From: Eubacteriales bacterium | Lineage (GTDB): Bacteria; Bacillota; Clostridia; Oscillospirales; CAG-272 | Direction: 5' to 3' | DNA length: 34,449 nt | Assembly: GCA_045656925.1 (NCBI GenBank) | Contig: JAZOSC010000074.1 | Span: 1-34,449 of the forward strand | In this document: positions 31,755-34,449 of the stretch, one piece after another | Layout of the letters: every line of letters starts with the position of its first letter | How positions within the stretch are numbered: the first letter of the stretch is position 1 | Translations under genes and position numbers: made by a program | The notes under the pieces: model-generated | Databases searched by the model: none | What the model was told of the DNA's origin: nothing | What the model saw: only the letters and a program-made list of their open reading frames with translations

Positions 31755-32891
31755 ATGCGAAAAAGATTTTTGCCGATCATTCTTGCCATTCTGATGCTGT
31801 CAGCATCCGGGTGCCATGGCAGAAAGCCCCAAACAACCATCAGCTTCAGCGAAAACGGCGTATTGACCGTGGAGATTTCCACCAACAAAGACGGCACCGT
31901 AACCCTCCCCCAGCCTGCCGGCACGCACGCATCCTCCTGCATTGGCTGGCGGGCAGAAAAAGACGGGCAAACCGTTTTTCTCCCTGTCGGTGCAAGCTTT
32001 GAATACCGACGTGGCGAGCAAATCAGCTTTACACCCGTATACCTTCACCTGATTACGGAGGCCGATGCAAAAATCGACCTGTCTGTTACAGGCGGTGCCA
32101 TTCGCTATACGACCAACATGGGCATGGGCGAATGGAGCTATCTGATTGATATCGGTGCCAGGCCGCAGGCAGGTACCCTCATCTTACCGCAAGCCGACTA
32201 TGCGAAAATGTCCTCGCTTACACACAGTGCACTTACCAATCAGGAGCTCTCCCCCAGCGTGCAGGACCATATTGTGGAGCTGTCCCTCGACGCCATCTCT
32301 TTTGACGGATTGCTGCAGGGCATCTCTGCAGGCAAGCGCCTGACTCCCTATACCGCAATCGGTTATGTAAAGCTTACTTATTCTGACGGAACTACAACCT
32401 ATATCTATGCCACACCGCAGGAGAATAGCTTCCCCTGTGCATCACTTCTTGGTCTTGCCAAAAGTGCAGCAGAAAATCTTTCCGACACGCAGGACGATAT
32501 CTACATCACCCGCATCGAAGATAAATATTCCCCCTATACTGCAGAGGAATACGCCTTGCTACAGGATTACACAAAAATAACGCTCTCGCTTGCAATCAAT
32601 TATGCCATGCGAGGCAACCGTGGCTTATCAGCCGATTTTCTGGATGCCTGCGATCAGCGCACCATCCAATATGGGGACGCAAGCTGCGCCGAGGAATGGC
32701 GCATTCTGCGCGGTCTGATTACCGACATTAACCAGAACGGTGCATTGGTCATCACCGCAAAGGACGGCACTGCCATAGAACGCGAAAACGTGCTTGAAAT
32801 TATTTACCATAACACAATTAAAATTACAAACGCCGTCTACTATAACGGTTCTATCTATATCCCCTACTCCACCTACTCCGGGAACTACTAA
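31755..32891 (+). CDS. Hypothetical lipoprotein (378 aa)
   Basis: MRKRFLPIILAILMLSASGC carries a lipobox. The ATG at 31755 lies 7 nt after GGAGGTG. I recognise no family. Confidence 0.7.
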   Translation: MRKRFLPIILAILMLSASGCHGRKPQTTISFSENGVLTVEISTNKDGTVTLPQPAGTHASSCIGWRAEKDGQTVFLPVGASFEYRRGEQISFTPVYLHLITEADAKIDLSVTGGAIRYTTNMGMGEWSYLIDIGARPQAGTLILPQADYAKMSSLTHSALTNQELSPSVQDHIVELSLDAISFDGLLQGISAGKRLTPYTAIGYVKLTYSDGTTTYIYATPQENSFPCASLLGLAKSAAENLSDTQDDIYITRIEDKYSPYTAEEYALLQDYTKITLSLAINYAMRGNRGLSADFLDACDQRTIQYGDASCAEEWRILRGLITDINQNGALVITAKDGTAIERENVLEIIYHNTIKITNAVYYNGSIYIPYSTYSGNY

Positions 32892-32899
32892 AGCAAAAA

Positions 32900-32921
32900 G
32901 CCCTGCCATGCAGGGCTTTTT
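32900..32921. terminator. Bidirectional hairpin terminator squeezed between convergent stops
   Basis: Stem GCCCTGC (32900-32906) / GCAGGGC (32910-32916), with an A5 run on the left and a T5 run on the right. The stop codons lie at 32889-32891 (+) and 32922-32924 (-). Confidence 0.75.
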
Positions 32922-33902
32922 CTAATATCCGAAATAATTACGCAGCTGCTGCAAGGAAAGCTCCTTTGCACAAAGCGGCAAGGAAATATGCCACAATCCC
33001 ATGATAGCAGGGTCACGATAGCACTGCCATTTCATACCGCGGAAGGCAAGCGGCTGTAAAAGCGCGGTCAGCTCATCAGAGGGGATAGCCTCTTCACTGT
33101 AAACGCGCACGTGCAGACGCGGCTCTCCCATGCTATCCCGCACGGCTGCTATATGTACCGCGCGGTCAAGAGAAAGCGCAGAGAGAGCAAACAAAACCGC
33201 AGATAGCATAGCTGCAAGCAGGGCGTCATCAACACCAAGCACGGTGCCGTATGAAAGCGTACTGAAATCAAACTGTACCAGCATACCTGTAAAGCGTGCC
33301 AGACCGCACAGACGACGTTGCAGCACGTTCGCAAGCTGTATTGCCTTTTCCTCGCGCAGCACAGTACCGCCCACAGCAGGCATAACCGTCTGCAGCCAAT
33401 CTCTGATTAAGAGATAAGCATGCTCGTCAGAGGGCGCAATTGCCGCGACGGACAACGGCGAAAATTTGATGGGATAGCCCAATATCTCCGCATAGGAGGC
33501 AGGATAACGCAACGCCTGCGCCACTGACTCGGGTGGAATTGCCGCAAGCAGCGTCAGATTGCCGCAATAAGGCAAGCGCAGCAGGAGAACGGGCGTCCTG
33601 CCGCATTGCATAAGATACGGCTCCCTTGCACCGCGCAAAAGTGTTTTTTGCAGCACGTCACATTCGCCACGGGCCGTACCCAAGGCCTCGAAAAATTGCT
33701 CACCCACAAGTGGCAATCCCTCTGCTGCATTTGCGAAAAGCACGTTTCCTGTATGAGAAAGCAGAAAATAACCGCCCTCGGAAAGCACCTTCCTCGCATC
33801 CAGCTCTCCATCCGCAGCAAGCATAACGTCCTTTATCATAAAATCATACAAAACAATCACTCCTCCCCTTGAATTTCCGCCCTCCTGCATAAGCCACAGC
33901 AT
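32922..33902 (-). CDS. Hypothetical cytoplasmic protein (up to 326 aa), start uncertain
   Basis: A long ORF with no TM segment and no motif I can name with confidence. The C-terminal half is loosely reminiscent of a degenerate GHKL ATPase fold. The best RBS (GGGGAGGAG) precedes a TTG at 33848, and ATG alternatives lie at 33902, 33890 and 33839. Confidence 0.5.
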   Translation of the reverse strand: MLWLMQEGGNSRGGVIVLYDFMIKDVMLAADGELDARKVLSEGGYFLLSHTGNVLFANAAEGLPLVGEQFFEALGTARGECDVLQKTLLRGAREPYLMQCGRTPVLLLRLPYCGNLTLLAAIPPESVAQALRYPASYAEILGYPIKFSPLSVAAIAPSDEHAYLLIRDWLQTVMPAVGGTVLREEKAIQLANVLQRRLCGLARFTGMLVQFDFSTLSYGTVLGVDDALLAAMLSAVLFALSALSLDRAVHIAAVRDSMGEPRLHVRVYSEEAIPSDELTALLQPLAFRGMKWQCYRDPAIMGLWHISLPLCAKELSLQQLRNYFGY

Positions 33903-33944
33903 CTCCGTCTACACTAACAACACCGTAAGGAAAGGAGATTGATT

Positions 33945-34130
33945 ATGGCACAAATCACCGAAAAGGAGCTTTCTGCTCTAGGCGACCTTTTAAGCATGGA
34001 GCAAACACTGCATGGAAAATGCCGATATCTTGCAAGCACCACCACCGATAGCGCACTCGCCGCACAATATGAGGCATTGGCCGCTTGCCATCAGCGGCAT
34101 CTCGACGAGCTGTATGGCAATTTAAAATAA
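33945..34130 (+). CDS. Small Coat F-like helical protein (61 aa)
   Basis: AQITEKELSALGDLLSMEQTLHGKCRYLA shares the [DE]KE..x..DLLS.E..L pattern with the adjacent CotF-like protein. The ATG at 33945 lies 7 nt after AAAGGAG. Confidence 0.55.
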   Translation: MAQITEKELSALGDLLSMEQTLHGKCRYLASTTTDSALAAQYEALAACHQRHLDELYGNLK

Positions 34131-34140
34131 GGAGGCAGCC

Positions 34141-34419
34141 ATGAGTACCGCACAAAACACAACGTTTTCCGACAAGGAACAGATGACCGACCTTTTATCG
34201 GCAGAAAAATTTTTAGCAGGCAGCTACAACACGTTTCTCCTTGAATGTGCTACACCCGAAATGGTGCGTTGCCTGTCCTCCCTGCTTGGGGATACCCACG
34301 AGATGCAGCAGCAGATTTTTCACACCATGCAAAGCCGCAACTGGTATCAGACTCCCAAGGCAGAGGATACCAAGGTAACAACAACCAAGCAGCAATTTTC
34401 CACCGCCGTCACAAAGTAA
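34141..34419 (+). CDS. cotF: Spore coat protein F (Coat_F domain) family protein
   Basis: DKEQMTDLLSAEKFLAGSYNTFLLECATPEMVRCLSSLLGDTHEMQQQIFHTMQSRNWYQT is the typical Coat_F signature. RBS AAGGAGG lies upstream. Confidence 0.75.
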   Translation: MSTAQNTTFSDKEQMTDLLSAEKFLAGSYNTFLLECATPEMVRCLSSLLGDTHEMQQQIFHTMQSRNWYQTPKAEDTKVTTTKQQFSTAVTK

Positions 34420-34428
34420 CAAAAGGCA

Positions 34429-34449
34429 CCCGGCAATACGCCGGGCTTT
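34429..34449 (+). terminator. Probable terminator hairpin, truncated by the window end
   Basis: Stem CCCGGC (34429-34434) / GCCGGG (34440-34445), followed by CTTT at the window edge. Confidence 0.4.

Noticed and set aside
1-34449. Search for CRISPR arrays, tRNA/rRNA genes, IS elements, integrases, prophage genes and toxin-antitoxin pairs
   Set aside because: I saw no regularly spaced direct repeats, no cloverleaf-like or rRNA-like segments, and no transposase, recombinase or phage-structural motifs in any frame. The only tandem DNA repeat is the in-frame zinc-ribbon triplication at 20974-21207.

Overview
This window looks like a chromosomal segment of a spore-forming Firmicute of the class Clostridia, based on spoVT, CotF-type coat genes, a Cys T-box leader and an NrdR box; roughly 50-55% GC by eye. 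It is gene dense, and most transcription units are bounded by recognisable sigma-A promoters and hairpin terminators. From left to right on the + strand the units are: (1) a 1549-aa secreted beta-helix repeat protein. (2) A four-gene operon of two CNNM/CorC-type cation transporters, a minimal DtxR-like metalloregulator and RNase HI. (3) spoVT. (4) A three-gene polysaccharide module of a CapD/PglF-like dehydratase, a fused Wzz/BY-kinase and a Wzy/O-antigen-ligase-like protein. (5) nrdD-nrdG with an NrdR box. (6) prfC. (7) A DUF1292 gene. (8) A ~350-nt unassigned structured leader followed by an SPFH (Band_7_1, YdjI-like) / double zinc-ribbon (YdjG-like) / TPM (YdjH-like) membrane module. (9) A BspA-type LRR lipoprotein. 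(10) nagB. (11) A Cys T-box leader followed by cysE-cysS. (12) Three orphan lipoprotein genes around an AlbA_2/Schlafen-like ATPase gene. (13) A hypothetical protein next to a CotF-like spore coat gene pair. I saw no rRNA or tRNA genes, CRISPR arrays, transposases, integrases or phage genes. The best candidates for something undescribed are the orphan terminator/antiterminator leader at 19.6-19.9 kb and the PspA-less SPFH/zinc-ribbon/TPM operon it appears to control. Next come the CNNM-CNNM-DtxR-RNase HI operon and the stand-alone AlbA_2 ATPase. All protein-family calls come from reading the translated ORFs and remembering family motifs. No database search was possible.
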